From assembly GCF_006345805.1 (NCBI RefSeq), contig NC_042998.1, positions 127,100,001 through 127,164,000 on the forward strand: a stretch of 64,000 nucleotides of DNA, read 5' to 3'. How positions within the stretch are numbered: position 1 is the first letter of the stretch; each line of letters opens with the position of its first letter. Position numbers and translations under genes: made by a program. The notes beneath the pieces were generated by a model. That model had not been told where the DNA came from. It did no database searches and saw only the letters and a program-made list of their open reading frames with translations. The stretch comes from Octopus sinensis (Eukaryota). Shown here in pieces: positions 25,776 through 40,532 of the stretch.

Positions 25776-27972
25776 TAATATACATTCAGATAGATGTATA
25801 TTATGCATATGAACCGAGTTCTGCCATTGTCTGACTGAAAAAATTCCGCGAAACATGATTCTGTTTTTATTTTATTTTTTACGTAACGTGCTTTGTTCAA
25901 ATATAAAATAAACACAAGTATCAAGGTATCCATTTCTCTTTGCTGTTCTTATTATCCTGTTGCTAACAGGTGTACCATTATACAAAATTTACTAGAAGAA
26001 AGGGGGTTTATGATAAAGGTTGTGAACAAAAGAAAATCCACAATTAGAAGATAACGTAAAAAAAGTAGAAGCTTCTCACGGGCCAATTTTCAAGAAGCCC
26101 ATTATCAGGCAGTGAAAATCTTTTTTTTTAAAAAAAAACAATATGACTCATTAATATTTTTTTAATAACTGAAATTTTAATGTTTTCAAAGCCGTGTTTG
26201 GCATGGTTAATACCCGATCTTTTCAGTCTTCCGTTCTTCTAATCCTTCAAATATGCATTTATGTAGGTCAGACTTGAACTCATACCACTCGTTACTATAG
26301 TTGTAGCTTGAAAGACCTCTTTCGACAATATTTAATAAATCACTGCGGAAACTATATAAACAATTTGTTTGCACTAAAATCTTAACCTCTCTTCGGAATT
26401 ATTCACCTAATAATTAAAATGTGTAAATACAAATCTTCTATTATTTATACTTTATTCGTAATTTGAATATGTCAATAGCATATTCGTACAAAATAATGAA
26501 TACCATACCTAAATCTCATAAGAGAGGATGATAATTTCTAAAATCAATCGAATCAATCTTAATACTTAAAACTGACCCCACTCCAATCCGGAAGATGAAA
26601 ATCCCATGATACGATTCTTTTATTGCATCAGTCTAGAGGAAATGTACGAGCATATCGTACTTGCTAGGAGTACACCTCGTGTCAAAGGAAAAGATAAACT
26701 AAATATTAAATTCATTGTTCAGCTATCTCTGTTAAATCTCAGCATATGAACTTCAACATATTTTCCACATAATTGTTAAACTTTCTTTCGTCGAAAGAAA
26801 AGAATGTTGTAAGGTGAGTACGCAAATTCGTTTGAATTCTTAACAGAATATTAGCTTTGCTTGTTTCATTTATCATTGAAGGGCGAAGTCTAAGCAAGAT
26901 TATATTTGTGAGATATCAAAATAGACCGATAAGGCATTCAGTTCAGCTTACTGCTATCACTATTCGTAAGAACAACCATAAAGCACATTGCTGTCTTTTA
27001 CATAAAACGTAATGATCAATTTTGTGGAAATTGGAGGAATGAGATATGACTTGTCGCTTTCAGATATATTATTAATGGCGCAAGTAAAAATAAATTGACT
27101 CCATCGTTAACTTAAACTGGATTCTGCTATTGCATTGTGATTAACTTTCAACTTACCCAATTAGATACTTACTGTGACATAAGGGAATTCCTATTAACAT
27201 TATTGCTGAGAAAAATTACAAAAATCCATGATTTCCAGATATTTATCAGTGTAAAGATTTAATGCAGGGTAGCTGTACATTTATACAATTTTCTCATGGA
27301 ACCGAGAACGAAACAATACCGAAAGTTATCATCTAACTGATAATTAGCGTAAATCAAATGCAGTTAATTTACGGCAGCCTTATCAAAACAACATTTTCAA
27401 CTGTCTTATTTTATATACTTCTGGCCAATAATTGCTTACACGCACGCATACACACACACTCACGCAGAAACACACACACACACACACGCATACAGATTTA
27501 GGAACACTGACACACACTCACACGCACGCACACACACGTGTATATCAGAGTTTCATCTATTCATACTTTTGCATTGGTTGTGTTGAATCGCAGATCACAC
27601 ATTTCACTGTCCCCACCAAGTTTTACGGCTGTTACATTACTGACTGCAAAGAACTTACTGCTTTTATGTCTTTCCTGCCTCCCCAACTATACCAAACAGT
27701 TTTTCCCTTGCTCTTAATTCCTCCGCTTCTGCCATCTCTATAATCACAACCAAGGATTTGGCATAAAATCTAACTCGCCGTCTAGCATATCATCCTTGTA
27801 ATAGATTGTGACTATTCTCAGCGCTTTTATAGCCATGGCACTCAACAGGAAACATTTCTGCCACTTTTCAATGCGTTGGAATAAAAATAGATTATAAGGT
27901 GAAAGATTTTAAGAATACCACTATATGCATGTATGCATGCATGCATGCATCCACACATAATCCATGTTTGTA

Positions 27973-28009
<37 letters not shown>

Positions 28010-29330
28010 TGTATGTATATATATATATGCATATATATATATTAATCAATATCAGGGTAGCAAAAAATTCAAGAGAAATTTTTCGCCACCAGCGGTCCAG
28101 TGAGAAAGAAAAAGTAGTCAACAGACTATATAATATACATTCAACAATATTAAGGAATGGCCTTGATAGGCCATTCGACCCACTAGAAAGAGCAGCTAAA
28201 CTCAAACCGCTAAATAGTTGTAATTCAGAAACCAAAGGAAAATAAAAAATATATATAATAAATTAATAAATAAAACATATGCATATATACATACATATAT
28301 GTACGTACATACCTGTACATGCATATATACATGCATATATGGGTACAGGAAACCCCCAAAACGTCGAACACAATGATATTATATATACATATACATATAT
28401 ATATATATATATATACATATATATATGTTTACGTCCCCTTGACTAGCCGTTCGGCAAAAAGAAATCGGCAGTATAAGTACCAGGCTTTGAAGAAAAATAA
28501 GTAATAGGCTCGCTCGATTCATTCGATTGAAAAACTTTTCAAGGCGGTGCCCCAGCATGATCGTAGTTTAATGGCCAAGCAAGTAAAATATAAAAGATAA
28601 AGCATTTCCGAATGGGATTAAGCTCAATGCATGTATCTTTGATACTTCAAAATAATGCATATTTGTGTTGAAAGAAAACATATTCTGTTATTGCGGAAAT
28701 GATTCCCTGGCATGTATATCTTCTAGTTTATAATCAATAAGCTTTCTCTCTAATGTTGCCCGATATGTTTCCATTATCGTAGAACTCTCGATATAATGAT
28801 TTCTTATAAACGTTCTTGTACGTAACTGGACGTTTGAAATAGATATCTGTTTTGAGACCATCCAGGTTAAGTCGAATGTCACTTTTATCGTTTCGAATAA
28901 ATATTCTGACCGATTTTTTTCTGAATCTGCAATCGCATTAATAGGCAGTCATTGTATTTTGTAAGAAGAGCAGTGATTCACGAGCTATACGAAGTGTGTG
29001 TTGGGCCGAAAGCGCAGAGAATGTTTCATCTTTGGATATGACCGAAGTATAAAGGTGAGAGTGATGAACAAGTTGTAAAGTAGGATAGCTGCTCATGGTT
29101 GGAGTGGTTACAGCTTTACATCGATGCGATAACTGTAGATAATAAAAATGAATAAATGAAATATAAAATGATAAGCATGGTACAGTTTAGCAAAAAGGAA
29201 GCAGAGAATTCAGCAGGGAATCAATGCTATTCAACACTGCTGGTGAGATCAGTACTACCAGAGCGTCCGTACAACTTGCGAACTTCAGTCGACATAAGAC
29301 GAAGAGGTTTCCCCGTATTCTAAAGTATAT

Positions 29331-29450
29331 ATAAAATAATAAAGTATATATAAAATATAAAATAAGTATATATAAAATAATAAAGTATATATAAAATAAA
29401 GTATATATAAAATATAAAGTATATATAAAATAATAAAGTATATATAAAGT
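29331..29450. repeat. AT-rich minisatellite, about 7 copies of a ~17-19 bp unit (aaagtatatataaaataat)
   Basis: Seven occurrences of agtatatataaa counted by eye. Confidence 0.85.
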
Positions 29451-32393
29451 AATGATTTAGCGTTTGTGTAAAGGACACATATCTTCGCTGTAGTGTTCTA
29501 CAGTGAAACATGCATTACAACAAATGTCTGATTTAACACATTAGTTAGTGAAGCAGCCTGCAATTATGCCACTACTAAGGAGAAATAGCAGTCTAATCTC
29601 AGTCCTACGATACCCTCCCGATTTAGAGAAAGAACAGACATAATGTAGATCTAGCTTCTCACCACCCGATAGATAAATAGACTATAGTATGATAATTATT
29701 TGTTCATCGGTGCAGAACTGGAAATAAACTGCATCATCATCATCATCATCAACAACAGCAACCTTCAACAGCAATAAATACCACAACAACTACCATAACA
29801 ACAACACCAAATATCACAAATACTTCCATCGTAACAAGAACAACAAAAACAATAACAAAATTCCCTCATCATAAAACCTCAATATACAAATCCTCATCTC
29901 CGTTGTAGGTAACTTTCCCGGCATTTTCCTTTGAACTTCTCACAGATTGTCGGTGGCTACATGGAAGGAGAATTCTCTTGCATCGCTGGAGAAATTAGCC
30001 GTTTCTTACTTGCTTATATTTTCAATCTATTGGTTTCTGATACCGTTGCTCTTTTTTCCGTAACAAAGTCTTTCGTGCAAATCTCTTTGAAATCCAAATT
30101 AGGTCATGAGCGTGGCTGGAGACAATATATGAGCAATTTATATCGACGTTCTTCAGTAAGGAAGCGATCGTTTTCTTCCTGTTGCTGGCGCTTTTCTTTT
30201 ATTTCTAAGTTCAACTGCCCCGTTCAGATTTCTTTCTCAATTCAGACAAATCAACCTCTTTGTTGATTTGTTAATTAAACGCATAATGTTTTATGGTATA
30301 TCTGATTTTTCTCTCTTTCACATTCAGTTGAATTTTCCGGGAGCTACAAAATTTATCATCAATTTAAAACAAAGCACTATACTTTCCCTATCGAGAATGT
30401 GACAAATTTTAATTACATTTATAGTCATCAAGTCTACAATCGCTTAATTACAAAATACAACAAACTATAAGAAGCTCGCCAAACAGGCATTTGCACGAAT
30501 GTCTTATCAAACATTGAAATGGAGTAACAAAATCAATATGGAAGAACAAATGAATAGAATATTTCAAATGGGGAGAAAAAAACACCACAGAGCACTTTTA
30601 CAACTTTAAAAAAATATTAATTTAAATCTTTCCTTTTTAATGTGTGACGATTTCTAGTGATTCTCATGACTTATATAAAGAATCAGAGTTTATTCTATCT
30701 CTCTCTTTGTCGTTCTCTCTCCCCTTCTTTCTCCCCTTTTCCCCTTTCTGTCTCTCTGTTCCTCTGGCTCTCTTATTGAAGAAAGTACATAAGTATATTG
30801 TCCTTCGTTTGAGTCTCGAACAGTTAGAATTTAACCCACGCGACAGAAACAAAGTGTATTGAGTCTGGAGTAAACATATTTATAATTAGCTTCCATATTA
30901 CTCCCGCAGTCTTTTTTCTATACGAGTGTCTTTTGCATCTTTACACAAATTTAGGAATTAATATAATCTCCATTTTTAATGCGACGCTCATTCCCCATTA
31001 CATAATCTGATATTTATATCGGAATCTATTTGTATTTGCGTCAAGAGGATCTCATCCAACCTTCACTCCTTCTTTCTCTCTTTCTCTTTGCACACACACA
31101 CACACACACACACGCGCGCGCACGCGCACACACATACACACACATATATATATATATGTATGTATATGTGTTTGTGTGTGTGTGCGTATGTATAATTGAC
31201 GTTTATTTACAGATTGATGAAACGTAAAAGCAATACTGGTGGGATTCTAATTCACAACAGTAGACCACAAACAACATCTTTTTAAGGATCGGATACTGAC
31301 GTAGATATAAATAGACTTTAATCTTAGATAAGTACTTTAAATTGAGACGTGGGGAAAATAACCACTATAATACAAATAATATATCTAAAATAATTAAATA
31401 AATCGTATACTTCCCGAAGTTTAAGGAAATCAACATGTAAATAATAAATAGTTATAACACCGCCAGCAAAAAAGCCTGTATGTGCTGGTTCGGTGTGCTA
31501 CAAATAGTAGCCGATTAAACCTTAAAGCCACATCTTCAATATTTAGTAATTGGTATATTAAGTTTAAATAAAGAAAATGATTACAGCTGGAAAGCCTTTG
31601 AACCTAAGACAGCTCAACCAAAGATGGCACAAAGCTACGTAACAAAGAAAGCTTTTTGCTTAATAGCTTAGTCTGTGGGGAAAGCAACACCCATGTCAAA
31701 ATATCTGGCTGCACCTAAGTTAGAATTAATTATATGCTTTTTTCTGTTGCTTAAATAGTCAGTAGTTGTGGACTGTGTGGATGCTACTAGTAAAAGTTTT
31801 AGATTATAACAGTTAGATAGTTGTAAACACTTATTATCTAGACAGGTAGATAAAATTATTGCATTTAAAATAGTACTGGAATCGTAACTGAGTTGTATAC
31901 TAGTATTGAATAAAACAAAATAAATGTTTTCGTTTTAATCATTTATAAAGTAGCCATTCTTTTCTCCTCTTGTTGATAGACTTGATGTATTAATCAATAC
32001 GGTTCTGTATATGATATAGATAAAATATTTATATCATTTAGAGTGTCTGAAATGAATATAGCTAGCTAAAAATAAAACAACAAAGAAAAGAAGAACTTAC
32101 ATACACTGAGGTACAACGGTTTGTTTCATCAATATTTTTTGCCTGAAAGTTGAGTTATTCTTATTTGTTATAGCTTTGAAAGGCTCGAAAGATATATTCA
32201 GAATCTTGAAAACAATTGTTATAAGTATATTGTTGTTGTTGATTGTGTGTGTATGTATGCGTGTCGATATGTGAAAGCATACATAATACATACATGCATA
32301 CAAACATACACACACATATATATGTATGCTTGTATATGCATATATATATAAATATATATACAATATATATATATATATACATATATATGTGTG

Positions 32394-32431
<38 letters not shown>

Positions 32432-32465
32432 TATGTATGTATCCATATGTATATATATATATATG

Positions 32466-32528
<63 letters not shown>

Positions 32529-32756
32529 CACACGCATACTTCTGCCCTCAAACATACATGTATATATGAAAAATACTATGTGTACGTATTATAATGCGAA
32601 ACTTATTATCCTTTGTTCATACACACAATTTCATAGGTAATTGCCTGTGATCACATAACTGATGATTTATATATACATATATATTGCCTTCGGACATCAG
32701 TTATGTGATCACAGACAGTTATTTATGAAACACAACTCGAACACATTCACAACTGA

Positions 32757-32905
32757 TGGCGTGAATGCGTGGTACGAAGCCTGATTCCTAATTACATGGT
32801 TTCGGGATCAGTCCCACATCGTGGCACCTTGGCCAAGTGTGTTCTGCTGTAGCCTCCGACCTGATCCTTGTGAATGGATTTTGTAGACAAAGATGTAAAG
32901 CTCCA
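32757..32905 (+). mobile_element. tRNA-derived SINE 5' part
   Basis: tggtttcgggatcagtcccacatcgtggcaccttggccaagtgt..tagcctccgacc..tggattttgtagac, same family as 5462-5913. Confidence 0.65.
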
Positions 32906-33126
32906 TCGTTGGGATGTAGTTTACACAGGCAAATTCACATTTGGCACTTGAGAAAAGTCTTGCATATTTTTGCTGTTCCACTCACAGATTGCAGTTGTAA
33001 CGTACGAATTAGGCGCTCGATTTCTCTTTCTGAAAATTCCAGTTTATCCAGACTGTTCTTTAAGCATTTACTGACAAAACCTATTGCTCAAATTATTATT
33101 GGTATGAATATGAATTCATAGTTTGC

Positions 33127-33127
<1 letters not shown>

Positions 33128-33157
<30 letters not shown>

Positions 33158-33230
33158 TGTATGTATGTATGTATGTATGTATGGATGGATGGATGGATGG
33201 ATGGATGGATGGATGGATGGATGGATGGAT
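33128..33230. repeat. Compound (ATGT)n-(ATGG)n microsatellite
   Basis: Seen directly. Confidence 0.95.
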
Positions 33231-33335
33231 GCTTATATCTTTGTTGGAAACCGACTCCCTCTTCAGTGGAAGATTTATAATAATTAAATAAAAACAGAAG
33301 AGTTTATTCTAAGAGTTCATTTTCAGATCATTAAA

Positions 33336-34372
33336 ATGGAATGTTAAAAAAAACGAGCATTTTCGACACCTCCTTTTTGCTTTTAATTAAGGTTCTAAGA
33401 CCGCAAAAGCTGCACGCGACATTTGTGCTGTGTATGGAGAGGGTGCCATAGCTGAAAGAACCGCTCGTGATTGTATGCCAAGTTCAAAAATGGAAATTTT
33501 GACGTCAAACACGCACCTCGTTCTGGTCGTCCAGTTGAGTTCAATGAAGAGCGATTAAACCAAATTTGCACGAAAATTCTCGTCAAACGTCAAAGGAACT
33601 GGCAGAGAAAATGGAATGATCCCACACTGCTATAGGGACGCATCTTCACTCGATGGGAAAGGTTCAGAAGTATGGAGCATGCGGAACGCATGCTTTAACT
33701 GATAAGAAAAAATATCAATGAGCCACAATCTCCGCTGGTTTGCTTGCTCGTCACCGCTCAATTCATGGAGACAAGTAACGATTTTTTTACCGAATCGTTA
33801 CTGGCGACGAAAATTGGCGCCTGTACATGAATATGAAGCAGCGTAAGGAATGGCTTAGCCCCGGTAAAGAAGCGACACCGCGTGTGAAACAAGATCTTCA
33901 TCCGCATAAAACGATGTTGTGTGTATGGTGGAACTGAGAAGGGATTATCCATTACGAATTGCTTGAACGGAACCAAACGGTCAACGCAGAACTCTATGTT
34001 CAACAGATGGAACGACTCAACACGGCTATTTAAGAGAAAATACCTAATCGGCAGCATGGAGTTCTTCTCTTGCTCGACCTCACCCGCCCTCATATCGCCA
34101 ATATGACCACTGAAGCCATTCAAACATATGGCTGGGAAGTGCTGCCACACCCGCCGTAATCTCCTGATTTGGCACTCACGGATTACCACCTCTTTCGATC
34201 TCTTTCAATTGCTATGCGTGGAGTTTCGTTCAATACTGACGCAGAATTGAGAGGTTTGTTGGATCAATTTCTCGACTCCAAATCGGGTGATTTCTACCAA
34301 CGAGGTATTGAAAATCTTGTTGAATGCTGGGAAGAAGTTTTAAACAACAAGGGTGAATACGTTATTGATTAA
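33336..34372 (+). pseudogene. Mariner (DD34D) transposase pseudogene
   Basis: MEC..EHFRHLLFAF..AARDICAVYGEGAIAERTARD, IVTGDENW, LHPHKTMLCVWW, LDLTRPH (HDNARPH variant) and PHPP*SPDLALTDYHLFRSL. There are 34 residues between the 2nd and 3rd catalytic D. Length is about 345 codons, with multiple stops and frameshifts. TIRs were not recognisable. Confidence 0.95.
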
Positions 34373-34544
34373 TTAGTTGTTATGTTTTTATTAAACCTTT
34401 TAAAAACTTTATATATATATATAATAAGAAGAAGAATAGCTGTTTACAACGTTATACCGTAAAAGAAAATTATAGTGGTCAACTAAACTTGACTAAGGGT
34501 GTGAATAACCCGTACATTGCTAGAAATAGGAGCTGTAATCTTTT

Positions 34545-34755
34545 ATCTCTTATCTTTTACCTGCTTCAATCGTTGGATTGTGACCGTGCTGAGACACCGC
34601 ATTGAAGAATTTTTAGTCGTATGAATCAACCCCAGGACTTTTTATGCCTGGTACTTATACTATCGATATTTCTTACGGAACCGCTAAGTTACAGGGACTT
34701 AAACAAACCAGCACTGGCTGTCAAGCAGTTGTGGGGAACAAATACAGACACAATG
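34545..34755 (-). mobile_element. SINE 3' part
   Basis: ttttatctcttatcttttacc..gaaccgctaagttacaggg..ggctgtcaagcagttgtggggaacaaatacagacac aligns with 5462-5680. Confidence 0.7.
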
Positions 34756-35234
34756 TGTATGAACGGGTGGCATTTACATTGGCTGGTTTGAATTAGCTGT
34801 TTGTATTGTGAATGCTATGAATGCTGTAATGTGTCACTGTTTCTATTTTAGCGATAATATTCTGTTGACGTTAGCATTTCCACGACCTTTTTTACTTGTA
34901 TAAGCTGCATCATGTAGACAAGTGCCTTCGACAATAACGTCGGGTACATCCAAGCATTGTGGGAGAAATCTCGTAGATATTATCTATATTAAATGTTTGT
35001 TGTAAACATGTTTGTCCAATTTTAACCTTATAATCTTAAACTCTGCTAAACCCCTTTTTGTTATACGTATTTGTACCATCGATATGCAAAACATTGTCTG
35101 AAACTAGTTTGGTATGTGAATAAATCAATTTAAAAACTACACCTATTTTAGATTCAGGTGCAATTTCAAGCCACCAAACAAATTCTCCTCTCTCTCTCTC
35201 CCTATCTCCCCCCCCTCTCTCTCTCTCTGTATGT

Positions 35235-35705
35235 ATATATATTATTCAAAGAAATTCCAACTCTGTTCTTTTATATTTTATCTATATCCTTTATAATATT
35301 AATGTAGAATATAGAATATATAGTATAAATAATATATATATAGTAAGATGAAATGAAGTGTTGATTGTCTTATTGAATAGATGAAATATTGAATATAAAA
35401 TATTAAGGGACTAGTATACTTTCTTGCATTAAAGCAGTCTTCAAGGTCTCAGGTTGTGACAAGAGTGTTTCAACACCTGTCACAACCTGGGACCTAGAAG
35501 ACTGCTATAATGCAAGAAAGTATACTGGTCCCTTAATATTTTATATTCAATATTTCATCTATTCAATAAGACAATCAATACTTCATTTCATTTTACTATA
35601 TATATTATTTATACTATATATTCTATATCCTACATTAATATTATAAAGAATATAAATAAAACATAAAAAACAGACAGAGTTGGAATTTCTTTGAATAATA
35701 TATAT
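35235..35705. mobile_element. Fold-back (long imperfect palindrome) element with hammerhead-like motifs near the centre
   Basis: Ends are atatatattattcaaagaaattccaactctg / cagagttggaatttctttgaataatatatat. Arms of about 235 bp align up to the central gtgtt-tc-aacac (35465-35476). Confidence 0.9.
35489..35532 (+). ncRNA. Variant minimal hammerhead-like motif (mirror copy at 35407-35450, minus strand)
   Basis: Plus: gggac-CTAGAAGA-ctgc tataat gcaa-GAAA-gtatac-TG-gtccc. Mirror: gagac-CTTGAAGA-ctgc tttaat gcaa-GAAA-gtatac-TA-gtccc. Stem I gggac/gtccc and palindromic stem III GTATAC are present. The core has one extra nucleotide. Confidence 0.5.
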
Positions 35706-35731
35706 CCCTCTATACACAATCATACAAACCC

Positions 35732-35990
<259 letters not shown>

Positions 35991-38900
35991 ATATGATTAC
36001 AATACACCCAAAATCTCACATATATGATATCCTTCTGAAAATTATGGTTATACTTCAATTTAACTAGTTTTATACATAAGTTTACAAAAAAGCAAGCACA
36101 CACATATATACACATAATAACATATCCAGTTTACACAGACACGCATGCACACACGTGTGTATGTGTGTCTGTGTGGGAGGGGTGAATATTAAACAACTGT
36201 GAATAAAACGTTATTTTTTGACGTAGTTGAAATTAAAAGAAAAATCGGTAAATCTGTTCATGAGCGAAAAGATTCCATAGATCTCGTACTATAGTATTTA
36301 GATGTTTGAGAAAGTAAATGGTTTTCTACAAAGAAATTTACAGCTCTCTATTTACCTTTATTTATTAAATTTGTCTAATATGATCACAGAGATTCAAGCA
36401 GAAAATACTGATAATTTAATATTTGAATTGATGTATTTCTGCACAAATGAATAAAATATTTAAATGAGAGATGGATGCTTCATTGAAGTATCAGGCTCAT
36501 TTGTTACAAGTTCAGATATAATATACATGTTACTGTGAAGCCGTAGGAGAACGATTTAGCTTTACATGCCTCGGTTCACATAACTGCCAGAAATATTTCC
36601 TAAACACTAACCTAAAACTTTTCTTGTAAAGAAAAACGATTTATCTTTAATAAGAAAAAACATAATTTTTTATAAGATAAATGTATGGAGTGGAGGTACC
36701 CATCTAAGTCGATCTTAGAACTTGACAATACTTTATTCAGAAGGGTATAAGGTAAATTGACCTTCGTGGAATTTCAGTTCAGAATGTAGAGAACCGAAGC
36801 TAATACCACAACTGTCTCGCCTGAACTATTCCCATATCGGTGACTATAATGCTTCTGCACATACCTAAACTGTGAAACAAAATTCAAGACAGGCTCTTTG
36901 AATTGACTGGTCAAAATCCTCTTAAGGACACTCTTCTACAGTTTAAATAAATAAACCTTGTGATTCTAGTAATGTTGTAGGACCCCAATCGAGCGATTCC
37001 AGATTCTATTTCATTATGCAACTGATTAGGTTGAACCATAAACAGGATTTGTGCAGAAATTCACATTTACAAGCATACATACATCAATGCATAAATAAAT
37101 ACACACATACACACACTCACACACAGAGACACACAGACACACACACACATCACTACGATATTTTTCATGGAGACTTCTGAAGGAAGAGCATTGACCTAAA
37201 TGCAGTGGGTGAGTTGAAAATACATTCTGATTATTTGACATTATTATGCTAATGGAGCAAACAAATGTAATAAGTGTTAATGAACATATACTCTTAGTGA
37301 AATACTACAGAAGACATTAGGAAGTCAACCCATCCTATTTTCCTAAATCAATTTTTCTTAGAAAATGTATTATACCGTTTATATCTCCCGCACAAATTTG
37401 GATATGAAGGATCTAGCGTTCTGCAAATGGATTCGTGTGACTTGGCAATAATGCATATTTCAGGGACACTAAAGGTTGATGTAATGTGTGTAATGTATTT
37501 ATTATTACTATGAATGTATTTCTTTATCTTAAAACATTGACAACGTAAAGTTAAGTGCGTAGTTTATTTCTGGAAGTAACACCTCTTACTGAAAAGCATA
37601 AGGGATAATATGGATAGTGTATATCTTATTTCGTGTATTAGATTCATAAGTGAAATGTTTCAAGCGGGAATAGAGATCCGTTCTACTACTGTTTTTCTAT
37701 AATTGCATATGGAAGTATTGTAGTCTCAGAATCATTGAAAAATCATTAGTCTTTCTCAGTAGGAAGGCTGTCTTTCGATCAATGTTAGTTATCAACGAAT
37801 GGAAATTCTGCAGTGTTTTGCGAAAACTTGTCATTTTTAAATTGACTTTGATCTGCAAGATGATGAATGTTTTGTTATGTACTATCTTTTGACAATAGAA
37901 TTTGTTTAGTGAAATCAAAAGAACAAAAGACTTCGTTAAGAAAACGTTGAATTTTCGATCGCACGAATCATGTTATTGATCGGAAACAAAAGTTGTTTGT
38001 TTCATAGACAAATCACAATAACTTCATTAAAGTGGGCGTGAGAGTAGAGCTATTTAGTAGTCAGAGAACCACACTTGCTGAAGTTTCTGCTTTCAGTGAA
38101 AATGCCATGCATGTATAAAATACACTATTTTCATAAACACAAATTCCTAACAGATTACGGGAAACATAAGATATTTACATTTCTTGAACTATGCATGCGC
38201 ATACGATTTTCACATGTTTATGTTTTGTAATTTCCACATTTTTATGTCTTGTAGCTACACTGTGATAAGTTGTGTATTTTAATTCTTTTTTTTTAATGTC
38301 ACGGAATCAGTGTGTATTCATATCATGCAGGTAAATTTGCTCCAGATATTTAGAAAATATCTACAAAAGTAATCATGTATTTCTGACAGCAGTAGGGATT
38401 TTAGCAATGATATGGTTATAGAGAGGGCAACAAAAAACCACAGCACTATTCATCTTCAATTTAACTTTTATTATCTGGGTTAAACATAACATTATATCGG
38501 GACATTGGTTATGACGCCAAGTATCACTAAATGGTTCGTAGTATTTAGTTTCGGTGCTTTAAATTCTGATTTCAACTATCACTGTCTTCAACTTTTATCA
38601 AGTAACAAGTGAACAAATTTTTAAAACCCATTATGGATAAAAGAGGAGAAAACAAGTTCACTAATATACTAGAGAATATATAGTCAAATATAACGTCCCC
38701 TTCGATCAGCGGTATGGTGCCAAAATTGGAAATAATGTGTTTATAATTTCATCAATAATATGGATGTATGAACGTGCATATATACACATGTGTATCTCAA
38801 AAATTTGAGATGTAGTCCAGCAATCTGAGATAATATTCTAAAGCATATGGGATTCGGGCGAGGTACTTGCTGGAATTTGAACCATAGCGCTTAGATATTC

Positions 38901-40485
38901 CTAATCGTCAGCCACAACATAATGTGTCTCCATAGAATGTAAAAGTGTCATCATAAAGTGTATTAACGCCATAATGTATATGACTCGACCCATTAGCACT
39001 GTCTGACTTATGATTAATGCGACAAACTCCAAAGGAAGTGTGCGAATTTTTCCGCCAAGCAGCTTTGCCGAGAATTCTAAAGGGGTGGCTTACGACTATA
39101 AAGCTGGCAAATTCATCATCAGGCCAGAGAATTACTCAGTCATTTGCACGAATTTCTGTCACTTGTCTTAGTGAGTTGATCTCTTCTACTCTTTCACTTT
39201 CCTTATCTAAAACGTTTTACCCGAGAAAAATAACCCCGTCTTAATTTGTAGCGCCGTATAATTATATGCCGTAATTTAAACTCTTTCAGCTACTTTCCTA
39301 ATAGAAGTCAGCAAGTCGCATTACAGAAGATTCCTAACTATCATGTTCGTTGAACTTTGTTCCATTAATTTGACGCACTTGTAAATATTAATAAAGTTGG
39401 GTAATAAAATATTTGAAAAGGCAAATAAATTTCAATGTGGTCATACAACATCCCTAACACAGTGAACGGTCAACGAAGAATATATAACTAATTACCACAC
39501 TAAAGTGTATTTGGAATCGGTTATCCAAACAGACAGAAAACTTGCAGGTATCGAGCTTCCTGATTTCTTTCTCCAGTGCATTGATATTAGTTTATGTGTG
39601 TTTGATAACCTTGAAGGATTGATAGGGTTCATCTTAAGTTAGCAGTATAGCAGGAGACACTAACACACACAAACCCAACCCCAGAAGAATGTAAGAATGA
39701 AGACCAAAATCCGAAGATGATTATTTTCTGGGACATGACGGCGATACAACAGTAACAGTTATATCTGGCATTTATTTATATGAGGAAATGCATTTGCCAT
39801 ACTTGGTCTTTTATGCAATCTCGTTGAGTTACTTATTTATTATGCTAGCTTAGTATTCTGTGCCAAGAATGTGTCGCTTCAATAATACTAATATTCACGA
39901 AGATAACTAGGAGCACTGTAATATATTTAATTCTTCCAATGCACACAATCATGCTGGTTGGGAAAGAGTTCCTTCCAAGTCTCCTGGTCGATATCTCTTA
40001 ACTTAAATTATATATAATTATATTCAGGAAAACTATTATCTCTCTGATTTTAAAACAAGAATAAACATCTTTATCTGGCAGTATCTTGTCTTTCTATTTT
40101 TTTTATCTAAATTTTATCTATGAACAAAACTACCTATAAATTTGTGTTTTTAATTATTAGCATTGTCTCATCATACGTAGACGACTGCATCTTTGAATGC
40201 TGAAAAAACAAAACAAAAAAAAACGAGAAATAGGGAAATAAAAAAAGAGATAAACATCGTCAATTCCCTTCCGGGAATTTTACTCTTCACTTAAAGCCGA
40301 AGAATGAAACTAACATTGCAAATAGGACGTAGTAAGCATCTTGTTTTAAAATACATTTCTCTAAATGTAAATATGTTTACATGTGTACGTATGTCTGTAA
40401 ATATGTGTATATGTTAGCATTCGTTTATCTACGAGTACACACAAACACATTCATAGATTTACACATGCACATATACATTAAATAA

Positions 40486-40532
<47 letters not shown>

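Noticed and set aside
32097-32640. Many ORFs of type YIYIYI / CVCVCV / HTHTHT / poly-N, I, L, S (also at 3266, 4890, 35583, 48847, 54607, 60199, 63445)
   Set aside because: They are translations of di- and trinucleotide microsatellites, which lack stops in some frames.
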